Positions 1-10,603 of a stretch of DNA of 64,000 nucleotides are shown here, one piece after another. The notes beneath the pieces are model-generated. The model was not told the DNA's origin and ran no database searches. It saw only the letters and a program-made list of their open reading frames with translations. Each line of letters opens with the position of its first letter. Within the stretch, counting starts at the first letter, position 1. Source of the stretch: Phycisphaerales bacterium (GTDB lineage Bacteria; Planctomycetota; Phycisphaerae; WQYP01); NCBI GenBank assembly GCA_027451365.1, contig DAIDJN010000019.1:1-64000 (forward strand), in the 5' to 3' direction. The translations under genes were made by a program, and so were the position numbers.

Positions 1-560
1 CTGGCCAAACGTTTCGTAATCCATCCCCAACAGCACCAGCGAACCCTGTCCGTTTATGCCGTTAAGCCAGCGGGCATAAGTATCCGCCATTAAAGGCCAC
101 TGGCACCACGACCGGCAGGAAAACCGCATGGCGATATCATCTGCTCAAATGATAATGCCGCAGCAGCAGACGAATCGGCTCCCGATGCGCCTGATACACC
201 AGCCCGGGATTGCGCAAACCAAGCATCGCCTCCCAACCTTCGGTAATCACCGCATCAAGTTTGAATGATCCGAGCAGGCGGCCGATCTCATTGGAATAAA
301 AAGGATTCCAGCACTTCCGGCGCGTACAACTCGAACTGTTCCAATGCGGTCCCGCTGATGCTCACGCAAAACCGAAACGACTTGCCGAAGCGGTGACATA
401 AATCCGGCAGAACTTTGTTTGCCGGCAAATAGCAATTGCGGGCCATTTTCTGCATGAACTCGCGATTGGCATTGCGGTCGAAATAATCGGCTTCGGTGTC
501 AAATACCCCGTATCGCCGCAGGCGGAACCGGAAATTCCGTCTGATTGACCTGCTTGCCAT
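1..560 (-). pseudogene. Degraded glycoside hydrolase family 57 (alpha-amylase type), runs off the window start
   Basis: Minus-strand pieces FRLRRYGVFD...CYLPAN...SISGTALEQFELYAPEVLESF, then in another frame YSNEIG...ITEGWEAMLG..NPGLVY..LLLRHYHLS / DDIAMRF / W..WPL.AD.YA.WL...MDYETFG. Frameshifts, a stop and an internal deletion. Confidence 0.8.
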
Positions 561-856
561 GGCCGTCATGGTGGTCTTCTGTGGCACCCGGGGCCGGACT
601 GCAGTGGCGGCATTCACAAGAATCGGAATAGAGAATGGATCGCCACCTTAATAAAACGGCCTGTTGGAGGCCTTCCATCTGCACCGTTCGAAGGCTGTTA
701 AGGGACCTGAACCCGTCCAAAACATCTGATTCTTGCTTCAATGCCTACTTATCTTCGGGCGGGTGCGTGGCCGCCCAGTTTGACCGCTTTGACCCTGCTT
801 TGTATTGTAATGGGCTTGTAATTTTGTCAGCCATGACAATGCTAGTATGAAGGAAA

Positions 857-1885
857 ATGAGTATGGCGGTTGGTGATTCTGGTCTTAAAGTGTTCTACGA
901 AAAAGATGCACCCCTTTCCGGACTGGCCGGTAAGACAGTGGCGATTCTGGGCTACGGCTCACAGGGGCACGCGCACGCCCAGAACCTGCGCGACAGCGGT
1001 GTAAAAGTCATAGTGGCCAACCGGCGGGATTCCGCCAACGGCAAACTCGCAATTGAACATGGGTTCGACCCGATGTCTGTTGCCGACGCGGTGAAGGCCG
1101 CGGACCTTATTATTCTGACGCTTCCGGATGAACTTCAGGCAGAAATTTATCAGAAGGATATCGCTCCGCATCTTAAGGCGGGCAAGACCTTCGGCGCAAC
1201 CCATGGCTTTAACATTCATTTTAAGCAGATTGTTCCGCCGGCGGATGTGGATGTCGTCATGATTGCGCCCAAGGGACCTGGGCATCTTGTGCGCAGCGAA
1301 TTTGTGAAGGGTGGCGGCGTGCCGTGCCTTGTGGCCATTCATCAGAATGCCTCAGGCAACGCCATGGCCACGGCGCTGGCGTGGGGCAATGGCGTGGGCG
1401 GCGCGCGGGCGGGCATTATTGAAACCAGTTTCAAGAACGAATGCGAGACCGACCTGTTTGGTGAACAGGCGGTTTTGTGCGGCGGTCTTGCCGCGATGAT
1501 TAAGGCCGGCTTTGAGACGCTGGTGAAGAACGGCTATCCACCCGAAATGGCCTACTTTGAATGTGTCCACGAAGTGAAGTTGATTGTGGACCTGATTTAT
1601 CAGGGGGGGCTGAATTACATGCGATACAGCATCAGCAACACCGCTGAATATGGAGACCTTACCCGCGGCCCGCGCATTATTACGGAACAGACCAAAGCTG
1701 AAATGCAGAAAATTCTGGACGAAATTACATCCGGTAAGTTCGCCGCCGAATGGATGGCCGAGCACCGCGCCGGCAAACCGAAATTTAACGCACTGTATGA
1801 TGCGGATAAAAACCATCCTGTTGAGGTGACCGGTCGCAAGTTACGAAAAATGATGAAGTGGATCAACGCCAAAGAAATTATTTAA
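857..1885 (+). CDS. ilvC: Ketol-acid reductoisomerase
   Basis: [47 protein letters not shown] motifs. Confidence 0.97.
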   Translation: MSMAVGDSGLKVFYEKDAPLSGLAGKTVAILGYGSQGHAHAQNLRDSGVKVIVANRRDSANGKLAIEHGFDPMSVADAVKAADLIILTLPDELQAEIYQKDIAPHLKAGKTFGATHGFNIHFKQIVPPADVDVVMIAPKGPGHLVRSEFVKGGGVPCLVAIHQNASGNAMATALAWGNGVGGARAGIIETSFKNECETDLFGEQAVLCGGLAAMIKAGFETLVKNGYPPEMAYFECVHEVKLIVDLIYQGGLNYMRYSISNTAEYGDLTRGPRIITEQTKAEMQKILDEITSGKFAAEWMAEHRAGKPKFNALYDADKNHPVEVTGRKLRKMMKWINAKEII

Positions 1886-1922
1886 ATTCGCCGGCGAGCC
1901 ACGGTGGGGCGTTGCAGAGGAA

Positions 1923-2372
1923 ATGGAGTGCCCTTCCATGGTGAATTTCACCCGCGGTCTTGACCATGTGGCTATTGCCGCCGATCACACCGATCAGATG
2001 GTGGCTTGGTATAAGCGCATGCTTGGCTTGGTGGTCGTGGCGCGTACCCATCCAACCGACCCTGCCCAGCAGATAACGTATCTGATAGGTCCGGCCGCGG
2101 CCAATGGCACCGATTCGCGCGGCGTCCAGGCCGGCATGATGATGGAAATTATGCCGCGCAACGACCATATTCGTCGCCCGCGCGACAGCCATGATGCCGG
2201 CTTGAGCCATGTTGCCTGGCTGGTTTCTGATTTTGATGAAGCGTATGCCCATTTGAGCGCGGAAGGTGTTGGGTTTGTGGGGGCGGTCGTACAGGCGGTG
2301 GGGGGCGGAAGGCTGATATCCTTTGTGGATTGCGAGGGAAATCTGATGCAGATTGTGGAAAGAAAGATTTAG
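1923..2372 (+). CDS. VOC/glyoxalase family protein (alternative start 1938)
   Basis: LDHVAI...WY..MLG...HVAW.V.DFD...F.D.EGNL.QIVE pattern. Confidence 0.85.
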   Translation: MECPSMVNFTRGLDHVAIAADHTDQMVAWYKRMLGLVVVARTHPTDPAQQITYLIGPAAANGTDSRGVQAGMMMEIMPRNDHIRRPRDSHDAGLSHVAWLVSDFDEAYAHLSAEGVGFVGAVVQAVGGGRLISFVDCEGNLMQIVERKI

Positions 2373-2411
2373 CCCCATAATCTGGTCCGCACCCTGAATT
2401 CTGCTTATAAG

Positions 2412-3437
2412 GTGACAACCATGCAATTTTCTTTTCCGCGAGTATCCGTTCTGTCCGCGACAGTGTTGGCAATGGCATTGTTTTTGGGAGGGTTGACGGG
2501 TTGCGCAAATCGCACAGTACAGATCAATCTGGTTCCCACCCACGCGCGGGTACGGGCCCAACTTGTAAAAAAGAGCCGCCATTGGTTCGTATTTAACCGC
2601 ATCGCCCTGGTGAATATATCCGGCATGATCATGGATGGCCGCGGAGGATCGCTGCTGACCAGCGGACATAATCCGGTCAGCGACCTGCAACAAACACTGG
2701 ATGCAATTTCGCATGATCCGCGGGTGAAAGCCGTTATTCTTCGCATGAACACACCCGGTGGAACCGTTACTGCGAGTTACATGATGTACCGCGCAGTGGA
2801 GGCGTTTAAAAAGCGGACGCATCTGCCCGTCATTGCTTCAATGATGGATGTCTGTGCCAGTGGCGGCTATTACGTTTCCTGCGCGGCAGATTATCAGATG
2901 GCCTATCCGACCACGATAACCGGGTCCATCGGTGTAATCGTCCAATTATTTAATTTTCATCGCGCCCTCCGCTATCTGGGCATTACCGCGCCGGTATTTG
3001 TGAGCGGACCGAATAAAGATACCGGTTCTCCGTTTCACAGGATGACACCCTCTAACAAAAAGCTGATTCAGGGTTTTGTGAATCAGTTCTATGCCCGCTT
3101 TAAGGCACTCGTGGAAAAGTCGCATCCGCGGGTGGCTAAAGCAGACTGGCCGAAGTTGACCGATGGCCGCCCGGTGACCGGCACGGACGCGGCGCGTTAT
3201 CATTTGATTAATGCGGTTGGGGGCTTGAACAGCGCTATTTCAATGGCCAAAAAAATGGCACATATCCATCATGCCAATGTCGTTCTGTATGGTCGGAGTT
3301 CCGCAGGCCATGGTTCGATTTACGCCCGGACGCCGCTTTCGGCTTCACGGGTTCAAACAAATATGGTAAATGTGAATCTTGGCGGCTCGATGAATACCAT
3401 GCTGCATCCGCATTTTCTGTATATGTGGGAACAATAA
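2412..3437 (+). CDS. sppA: Signal peptide peptidase SppA (S49), short lipoprotein form
   Basis: Lipobox LTGC; LRMNTPGG, CASGGYY, TGSIGV, SGPNKD motifs. Confidence 0.9.
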   Translation: MTTMQFSFPRVSVLSATVLAMALFLGGLTGCANRTVQINLVPTHARVRAQLVKKSRHWFVFNRIALVNISGMIMDGRGGSLLTSGHNPVSDLQQTLDAISHDPRVKAVILRMNTPGGTVTASYMMYRAVEAFKKRTHLPVIASMMDVCASGGYYVSCAADYQMAYPTTITGSIGVIVQLFNFHRALRYLGITAPVFVSGPNKDTGSPFHRMTPSNKKLIQGFVNQFYARFKALVEKSHPRVAKADWPKLTDGRPVTGTDAARYHLINAVGGLNSAISMAKKMAHIHHANVVLYGRSSAGHGSIYARTPLSASRVQTNMVNVNLGGSMNTMLHPHFLYMWEQ

Positions 3438-3668
3438 CCCCGCAAAAAAGATCGCCTCGCACCTTGGTGGACTGGCGTACCGCTGGCCATGAATCAGCTT
3501 CTCCGTGCGCACCGCGGAACATCTGTTCCAACCGGGGGGGTATGCCGATCTCCAGCAACGCAACGCTTGGTGGCGTGAAATTCGGGCGACATTCGTTTAA
3601 AAAAAGGCTGCAAATAATAGCAGTGCTATTATCGGACGTGTTGCGACCTTTTTCGGCCGCCCGATTCA

Positions 3669-3677
3669 TGGTATAAT
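3669..3677 (+). promoter_or_regulatory. Extended -10 promoter for ssrA
   Basis: TGgTATAAT about 33 nt upstream of the tmRNA 5' end. Confidence 0.6.
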
Positions 3678-3709
3678 TCAGCCGGTTTTGATCCATTACC
3701 CATTTGAAA

Positions 3710-4087
3710 GGGGGCGACAGGTATCGACCGGACAGTAGTGTTGAACATCGCATGCCGACCTGCCGGACAAGTCGTAAAACTGATTGGCAAAAAATCAAAT
3801 GCTGAGAACTTCAAGTTCCCAACAACCGGAGGCTTCGGCCTTCGGCTGGCTGCCTAAAAAACGGTAGCCCGGTTCCCGTGGGAAGTCCGCGTCCCGCGAA
3901 GAACTGACGACCAGCGGAATGCCCGGATGACAGAGTTGATCGGTCATCTGTTAAGACACAGGATCGGCTGGGGTCATGGGCAGTTAGACTGCGAGCGGCC
4001 TGTGACTCGACATTAACCTGCAGCCTAAGCGTGTAGAAGTGTTCCTCAACCTGCCACGGGACGAGGGTTCGACTCCCTCCGCCTCCA
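3710..4087 (+). ncRNA. ssrA: tmRNA (one-piece); tag reading frame 3801-3857 encodes AENFKFPTTGGFGLRLAA*
   Basis: 5' GGGGGCGACAGGTATCGAC pairs with 3' CGCCTCCA; T-arm GAGGGTTCGACTCCCTC; internal ORF ends in LAA-stop. Confidence 0.95.
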
Positions 4088-4294
4088 TTAATATATGGCA
4101 AAATTCTCCATTTGACGTGCGGGACTCGCCAAGGCGTCCGGGTAGCGTCGGGCTTTAATGGTGCCGCGAAAACCTTTTTAGCTGCCGCATCGGGCGCTGG
4201 TGATACGCGCCAAATACGTCCCTCCTGAAGCCCTTTTCCACTGGCGGGCATCTGGCCGCTGCATCGGATTTAATATTCGATGAAGCCCGGTCTT

Positions 4295-5356
4295 CTAAAA
4301 CAGTTTTTCGCCTGAGTTATCGTCCTCTGCGACGGCTTTTTGCTGTATCGGTGGTTTAAGCTTCAGGTGTGCGTAGCCGGCGTTGGTCAACTGTCGTCCT
4401 TTGGGTGTGCGGCGTATCAGGCCATTTTGCAGCAGGAATGGCTCTATGACATCTTCCAGCGTATCGGATTCCTCCCCCATGGTTGCCGCCAGCGCCTCAA
4501 GTCCGGCCGGCCCGCCATCATAATCGCGGGCCAGAACACCCATGAATCGGCGATCCAGTGCGTCCAGTCCCTGGTTATCAATGCCCTCAAGCTCCAGTGC
4601 TTGGGCCGCAATGTCTGGTGTCAATTTCCCTTCGCCGCGCACCACAGCAAAATCGCGCACCCGCCGTAGCAGTCGGTTGGCCACACGCGGCGTACCACGT
4701 GACCGCATGGCCACAAGTTCCAAGGCCGCTGGCTGCGAGGGTAAATCCAGCAGTTGGGCGGACCGTGTGACAATGGTGATTAAATCCGGCAGGTCATAAA
4801 AATTAAGATGATGCACAATGCCGAAACGCGAACGCATTGGCCCGGACAAAAGCCCGGCGCGGGTAGTGGCGCCAATCAGGGTGAAGGGCTTGATATCCAT
4901 GTGCACAGATTCCGCATGTGTGCCCGCACCGAAAACCACGTCAATGCAGAAGTCTTCCATCGCGGGGTACAAATATTCCTCCACAGCCGAAGGAATGCGG
5001 TGAATTTCATCAATAAACAGGATTTCACCCTGCTGCATATTTGTCAGCATGGAAACCAGTTCGGTCGGACGCGCCAGCGCCGGCCCGCTGGTAATTTTTG
5101 GCACCGTGCCGTTTAATTCACCGGCTATCAGATATGCGAGTGTGGTTTTGCCCAACCCCGGCGGCCCGTGCAAGAGAACGTGCTCCATGGATTCCTTGCG
5201 TTTCTGCGCCGCCTGAATGCTGATGCGCAGTTTCTCCACAAGTTCACGCTGGCCGATGTATTCATTGAGACTCTTCGGCCGCAGTGCAGGCGATGCGCCC
5301 GTGCCGGGCTGGTCTTCAGGAAGTGAAGCGGCGGTGACAATCCGTTCTCGCGCCAT
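4295..5356 (-). CDS. ruvB: Holliday junction branch migration helicase RuvB
   Basis: LRPKSL.EYIGQ, GPPGLGKTT, FIDEIHR, GATTRAG, SRGTPRVANRLL. Confidence 0.97.
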   Translation of the reverse strand: MARERIVTAASLPEDQPGTGASPALRPKSLNEYIGQRELVEKLRISIQAAQKRKESMEHVLLHGPPGLGKTTLAYLIAGELNGTVPKITSGPALARPTELVSMLTNMQQGEILFIDEIHRIPSAVEEYLYPAMEDFCIDVVFGAGTHAESVHMDIKPFTLIGATTRAGLLSGPMRSRFGIVHHLNFYDLPDLITIVTRSAQLLDLPSQPAALELVAMRSRGTPRVANRLLRRVRDFAVVRGEGKLTPDIAAQALELEGIDNQGLDALDRRFMGVLARDYDGGPAGLEALAATMGEESDTLEDVIEPFLLQNGLIRRTPKGRQLTNAGYAHLKLKPPIQQKAVAEDDNSGEKLF

Positions 5357-5374
5357 GGTAAAAAGACCCTTGTG

Positions 5375-5995
5375 TTAACCGGTAACGTTTTTCAGCTTGT
5401 ACGCGGCCCGCATGATATCTGAAGATTTCACCAGAGCCGGATCAGTTCGGCAGGCCCGATCAACCCAGTTTTCCGCCTCGGCTCGCCGTTCGCCCAAAGC
5501 TGTCAGCGCGGCGATCGCATTTAACTGTTCATCGGTGTGTTTAACCGGGGCGACGAATTCAGAGGGACCCGCATAAATATCCACCTTGCCTGATAATTCC
5601 GCGATCATCTGTTCGGCCGTGCGTTTACCTATTTCAGGAAGACCCGTGAGAAACTTTGCGTCCTTCCGCACGATGGCCGCGGCAACCTGACTGACCGGTG
5701 CGGCCAAAGATCGCAATGCCCGCCGTGGTCCAATGCCCTTCACCGTGATAAACAACTGGAAAAAATCTTTATCCTGTTCACGAAGAAAGCCCAGCAGCCG
5801 GGGTGCCAACTGACCGAAACTGGCGTTCCCTTCCAGGTATTGCATGGTAAACAGCGCGATGCGCTGGCCCACCCGTGTTTGCAGGTGAGGCAGGTCCGCG
5901 GCGGGCACCAGAATTTCATAACTGATATCGCCGACATTCACGAGAATGTTATCTTCCGTGACAAGTTCCAGAGTTCCTTGAATGCGGGCAATCAT
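5375..5995 (-). CDS. ruvA: Holliday junction binding protein RuvA
   Basis: MIARIQG start, V.GIGP, PEIGKRTAEQMIAEL helix-hairpin-helix motifs, upstream of ruvB. Confidence 0.93.
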   Translation of the reverse strand: MIARIQGTLELVTEDNILVNVGDISYEILVPAADLPHLQTRVGQRIALFTMQYLEGNASFGQLAPRLLGFLREQDKDFFQLFITVKGIGPRRALRSLAAPVSQVAAAIVRKDAKFLTGLPEIGKRTAEQMIAELSGKVDIYAGPSEFVAPVKHTDEQLNAIAALTALGERRAEAENWVDRACRTDPALVKSSDIMRAAYKLKNVTG

Positions 5996-6979
5996 GCGGA
6001 CTTTCCAAATTTCATGGAGCGAACAAACAACGAACAAAAGTATAAACGCCACACGCCTGTGCGGATAGTGCGGCCATGCCGGCGCCCCGGCGGTAGCCTG
6101 ATACCGCATCCATCCGTGTCGGCGACCTGCCGGTGGATATCGGTCCGGGCGAAGGTGACTATCGCGGCGGGACCTGACGCCCTTTTCGCAAAATACATGT
6201 CAAACATTTAATTTTGGGCATTCAGATTGCCGCGTCGTTTTTAATGCTAACCGAAATTCCCAATGTCTGGCAGATAAGGAATTCGCCGGGCCGAACCGAA
6301 AAAAAAGCGGCACCACCAGGACCAGGATGGATATGGAGAATGCCATGGGAAGATGACCGATGAAATAAGTGTGTCAACGGAAGTGCTGGCCGAATGCCGG
6401 TGCCGTTTAGTCTGCCGGAATACCCGATCACCGATCTGTCAGATGCGGCTATCGGCTGCGGAAAAACCTGTCGAATCGCGTGGTCTTGTGGATGCAGGCT
6501 ATGGAATACTTTGCGATGCAGGCGTCGCGCGGTTTTGCAAGCACTGCGATATGCCGTTCGTCGGTTCGGATACGCTTCTGCATAGTTGCAATCCGGCGAT
6601 AAGTATTGTTATATCCTGATATCTGTATTATTTATGGGATATTGGTAAATTGAGATGCCACGGAGATAATCACGCATTGGGTTTGCGCAACAATGCCGCC
6701 GGCATGAGGCCGCTTGTTGCGCCAGTCGGCCCTGACGCAATTGAACGGCAAATATGTCATGCGACAATTGGCGGCTTGTCTACTTCCAGGCACAACGCCT
6801 GTAACTGAAAATACTTGCTGGGCAATTAAGCGGCGCGGAATCCGGCACCCGATTCAATCTCAGTGAACCGACAATCATCCGACTTTATCTGCCATGGATC
6901 GCTGTTGAATCCGAATAGTCCGGAAAAAATCGTCCGCCACCGTTCTACCGCCAGGACAGCCTGGATTCCGACTTGGCTG

Positions 6980-7492
6980 CTAGCCGGCGGACCGCCCGGC
7001 TTTTTTCTGCCGCCGGGCCTTGATGCGCAAATACACCAGATACGCCAGGATTAACGCGTTGCCTAGCAAAAGCGCAATCCGCAGAACGTCCGGCTTTTTG
7101 ATTATTTCATACAGTTCCAGCGGCATAAGCAGCGCCGTGTCCACCAGCACCAGATATTCGCCCCAGGTCTTTTCCATGACCAGGCCGATACCTTCAATCG
7201 CAAAAAGCAGCGCGTATACAAAAGTGCCGCCAGCCAGCATTTCCATCTGCTTTTTATGAATGAGGGCAATATGGTCCAGTGCCATATCGATCCAGTGATT
7301 GTGCGGATCCAACCGCATTTTGTTAATCCAGTGAAGCGCAACCTTGGTTAAATCCGTATTACGGAAATGAATGACCAGAATGCCCGCGGTAATAAGGGCC
7401 GCGGCCTTGAAGAACTTAAACAGACCTATCAGAAGCAGAATTCGATTGCGGTGCGCTGGCGATTTGGCGGCCGATGGATTGGCATTGCTCAT
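6980..7492 (-). CDS. DUF2127-like membrane protein
   Basis: LIGLFKFFKA...YALLFAIEGIGL...WGEY...PLELYEI pattern with about 4 hydrophobic segments. Confidence 0.8.
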   Translation of the reverse strand: MSNANPSAAKSPAHRNRILLLIGLFKFFKAAALITAGILVIHFRNTDLTKVALHWINKMRLDPHNHWIDMALDHIALIHKKQMEMLAGGTFVYALLFAIEGIGLVMEKTWGEYLVLVDTALLMPLELYEIIKKPDVLRIALLLGNALILAYLVYLRIKARRQKKAGRSAG

Positions 7493-8163
7493 ATTGTCTC
7501 CGTGTGTGTCAAGATGTGGCTGGTAATCTTATCCGCAATGGCGGCGGATATTTTTTCCACCCCGGCCGGATTCGGATGCACGCCATCGGCGGCGATCCAA
7601 TGGGTTGGTGGTGTGCCGGCCGCTGCTGCAGATTGGACATCCTTGCGCACATTGACCAAATCCACGCGCCGGCGGGTAGCCCATTCTATGAACCGCTCCT
7701 GATATATTTCCCGCCAATGATGTCGATTGGCAAAAATCTCCGGACCGGCATGAAAAAATAGCCGATTGGCCATTTCGCCAGGCGGCTGCGGTGTGGAGGC
7801 GATCGTCACAAGAAAAATCAGGCGACTGTGGGGTGCAAGTTCGCGGCAGGTTTCCAGAATTTCATCCCATATCCGCGTAAAGTTTTCCAATCCCGCGGCC
7901 TGGTCGTTGCTGTTGTTGAACGCGCAGGATTCCAGAACCAGTGCGTCGGGCTTTAGTACCGGCAGAGGAAGCATACGTTGGCGGCCATGCCAGAATTCAT
8001 ACCTCAGGCGGTAAAGAACTAGTTCTGCGCGTGTGGCACCCACGCCGTAATTCAGTATTTCAAATGCTCGCCCGGGGTTCTGGGCCTGGAGCATACCGGC
8101 CAGCACGCGCGGCGGCGTGTGCAGGTATTCAGTCATGGAGTCGCCATAGAGTACAATTCGCAT
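7489..8163 (-). CDS. SGNH/GDSL hydrolase
   Basis: GDSMT, NYGVGA, DGVHPN blocks; stop overlaps next start (ATGA). Confidence 0.85.
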   Translation of the reverse strand: MRIVLYGDSMTEYLHTPPRVLAGMLQAQNPGRAFEILNYGVGATRAELVLYRLRYEFWHGRQRMLPLPVLKPDALVLESCAFNNSNDQAAGLENFTRIWDEILETCRELAPHSRLIFLVTIASTPQPPGEMANRLFFHAGPEIFANRHHWREIYQERFIEWATRRRVDLVNVRKDVQSAAAAGTPPTHWIAADGVHPNPAGVEKISAAIADKITSHILTHTETI

Positions 8164-8462
8164 GGTCACGTCTGCCAAAGTTAAGGTAACGCGCGGAAGA
8201 GCCGCCACAGTTTTATGAGGGGTATGGTATCCGATAGGGAACATTGAACAAAGCCGTCCGATGGGCAGTGGATTGTGGCGCGGATGGCGGTTGAGGCGGC
8301 GCCAGCAACACCGATCGTACGGATAGACGCAGAGCTTAACGTCACGCCGGAAAAAGACGAGGGCCATCGTGAAAAATGAGGCGCCAAAAGACCACGCGCC
8401 TACTAAAGTTTCATTGACTGTGCTACACTGCTGCCCAAACAATATGGCAACGGAGTGATGAA

Positions 8463-9428
8463 ATGCCCATTCTTGATCTTCCTTTGGATGAACTTGTCGT
8501 GTATCGTGGCCGGAACCCCAGACCCTCCGATTTTGACGCTTATTGGCAAACCGCCCTGACGGAAATGCGCGCGGTAGATCCGAAAATTGAATTGCGTTCG
8601 TCGGCATTTCAGGCACCGCACGTGGACTGTTTTGATCTGTACTATACCGGTGTGGGCAATGCGCGGATCCACGCCAAATTTCTGCGGCCGAAAAAGCCGC
8701 CTTTGAAAGCTCTTCCCGCGGTTTGCATGTTTCACGGCTACTCGGGTAATTCGGGTGATTGGCTGGACAAACTTGCCTGGGCGGGGGCGGGCTATGTTGT
8801 GGCGGCAATGGATTGTCGCGGGCAGGGCGGCCTTTCGGAAGATATTACGCCGGTGCATGGAACAACGCACCGGGGGCACATCATTCGCGGGCTGGAAGAT
8901 CCGGACCCCCAGCGACTGCTGTTTCGGTCCATTTTTCTGGATGCGGCGCAACTTGCGGGAATTGTGCTGAACATGCCGGAGGTCGACCCGTCCCGGGTCT
9001 TTGCAACCGGGGCATCACAGGGTGGGGGGCTTACGCTGGCGTGTGCTGCCCTGGAACCGCGGGTTGCCCGGGCCGCGCCGGAATATCCTTTTCTTTGCGA
9101 TTACCAGCGCGTGTGGGAAATGGATCAGGCCAGAGAGGCATATAAGGAATTATCCGATTTTTTCCGCCGGCATGACCCGCGCCATCAGCGGCAGTCCGAT
9201 ATTTTCACCCGGCTTGGTTATATCGACTGTCAGCATCTGGCCCCGCGCGTTTGTGCCAAGGTGTTAATGGGCATTGGCCTGATGGACAGCGTCTGTCCGC
9301 CATCTACACAGTTTGCGGCGTACAACAAAATTACCTCCGCGAAAAGAACCGTTATTTACCCGGATTTTTCGCATGAAGTTCTGCCGGACTGGTGGGATAT
9401 GGTGTTTCAGTTTTTCAATGAGGCGTAG
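8463..9428 (+). CDS. Acetyl xylan esterase / cephalosporin-C deacetylase (CE7)
   Basis: P.DFDAYW, FHGY, DCRGQGG, GASQGG nucleophile elbow, D..CPPSTQFAAYN, HE. Confidence 0.92.
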   Translation: MPILDLPLDELVVYRGRNPRPSDFDAYWQTALTEMRAVDPKIELRSSAFQAPHVDCFDLYYTGVGNARIHAKFLRPKKPPLKALPAVCMFHGYSGNSGDWLDKLAWAGAGYVVAAMDCRGQGGLSEDITPVHGTTHRGHIIRGLEDPDPQRLLFRSIFLDAAQLAGIVLNMPEVDPSRVFATGASQGGGLTLACAALEPRVARAAPEYPFLCDYQRVWEMDQAREAYKELSDFFRRHDPRHQRQSDIFTRLGYIDCQHLAPRVCAKVLMGIGLMDSVCPPSTQFAAYNKITSAKRTVIYPDFSHEVLPDWWDMVFQFFNEA

Positions 9429-9639
9429 TCCCGAAAAATGGGAGTCAGCGGGGGCGGACGTCCGAACGCCATATTTGACTATTTAAAACGATGCATATGA
9501 CGTTGTCTGTTTACCTTGGTATCCGCGGTACATCAGAATTCCGCAGAATAAGGACCAGGGCCAATCCGCGCAGCGTGATGAATGAATTATAATTATATGT
9601 AAAATACATCATATATATGCGGATGCCGCAAAACTTGCG

Positions 9640-10416
9640 TCATGACGCGGATTTTTCAGAATCAGCGGCGGGCGGCTGTTGCAGACGGGCGAGCCGTTCG
9701 AGTAATTCATCTTTCCATGATTGTGCCAGCGGACCGACGGCCGCCAGGGCCTCGGTAAGGTCGCGGTCCAGCTTGCAATGATGTAGAATATGATTCGCGC
9801 GGGCAACCGGCCATTGGCTTTCCGGTCGCGCCAAAAGGGTCATGGTCATGCCGGGTTCCACATAACCTTCTTCCAGCACGCGCAGATACCAGCCGCTGCG
9901 CCCATTCTGAATTACCATTGCCACAAGTTCATTCATCCGCCAGCGGCGGGCCAGTTTCCAGCACGGTTGCCGCGGCTGAGAAACTTCCACGCGCGCCGCG
10001 CCTAAAGCATAGACATCTCCAATGCAGACTGTCCGTTCATTAAGCCCATCCACCGTAAAGTTTTCACCAAATGCGCCATGGGGCAGGTCCCGCCCGATTT
10101 CGCGTTTCCAGTCCGGATAATGGTTTGCACTGTAGGCCAGGACGGCCTTGTCCGGGCCGCCATGGTGTTTCAGGTCCGCCTGGCCGTCACCAGCTAGATT
10201 GGTGCGGCCCAGAAAGACGCGACCGACCAGGGGTGATTTGAAAAACCCGGTAGTCCAAGGTTTGTCGTGCGTGTTGGTGGCATCGGGCGAGCCGTAGTTT
10301 TGGGGCTTGCCTACGCAAAGCGTGACAAGAGTTCCAGCCGCGGGAATCGGATTGTCCGTATAGCTGGATAAACTGAATTCTGAATCCTTCGGCATAAGGA
10401 AGGATTTTAACACCAT
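9640..10416 (-). CDS. MOSC domain protein, YiiM-like with C-terminal 3-alpha domain
   Basis: GDGQAD..HHGGPDKAV, GAFGEN, SQPRQPCWKL, GWYLRV; AGGAGG RBS before 10416. Confidence 0.9.
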   Translation of the reverse strand: MVLKSFLMPKDSEFSLSSYTDNPIPAAGTLVTLCVGKPQNYGSPDATNTHDKPWTTGFFKSPLVGRVFLGRTNLAGDGQADLKHHGGPDKAVLAYSANHYPDWKREIGRDLPHGAFGENFTVDGLNERTVCIGDVYALGAARVEVSQPRQPCWKLARRWRMNELVAMVIQNGRSGWYLRVLEEGYVEPGMTMTLLARPESQWPVARANHILHHCKLDRDLTEALAAVGPLAQSWKDELLERLARLQQPPAADSEKSAS

Positions 10417-10603
10417 GAAAAGCCTCCTGTAAACCCGAGACAAACCGATGTGTCAGGCCGGGTGCCGCCCCACAAGATGCCGGGCCTTACATTTGATTTG
10501 CCGAATCCGGGATTGCCGTCCGCGCGGGTCAGGCGCGGGCGGCAACTGCGGATTGACAAGCCGATGGCGGATACCCGAACCGCCGGCGGCACAAATGCCG
10601 TTA

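Noticed and set aside
3811..4251. 146-aa minus-strand ORF
   Set aside because: Antisense shadow of the tmRNA gene
6592..6619. dif-like ATAA-N6-TTAT core
   Set aside because: Right arm TTATATCCTGA matches XerD TTATGTTAAAT poorly; similar half matches near 3630, 9595, 22015 and 56925 also lack a second arm
6110..6980. 870-bp gap upstream of ruvA: possible ruvC, IS remnant or RNA
   Set aside because: No RuvC or transposase motifs, terminal repeats or recognisable RNA; short ORFs lack features
8164..8808. Long N-terminal extension of the 439-aa ORF
   Set aside because: Overlaps the CE7 gene on the opposite strand; homology begins at MRIVLYGDS
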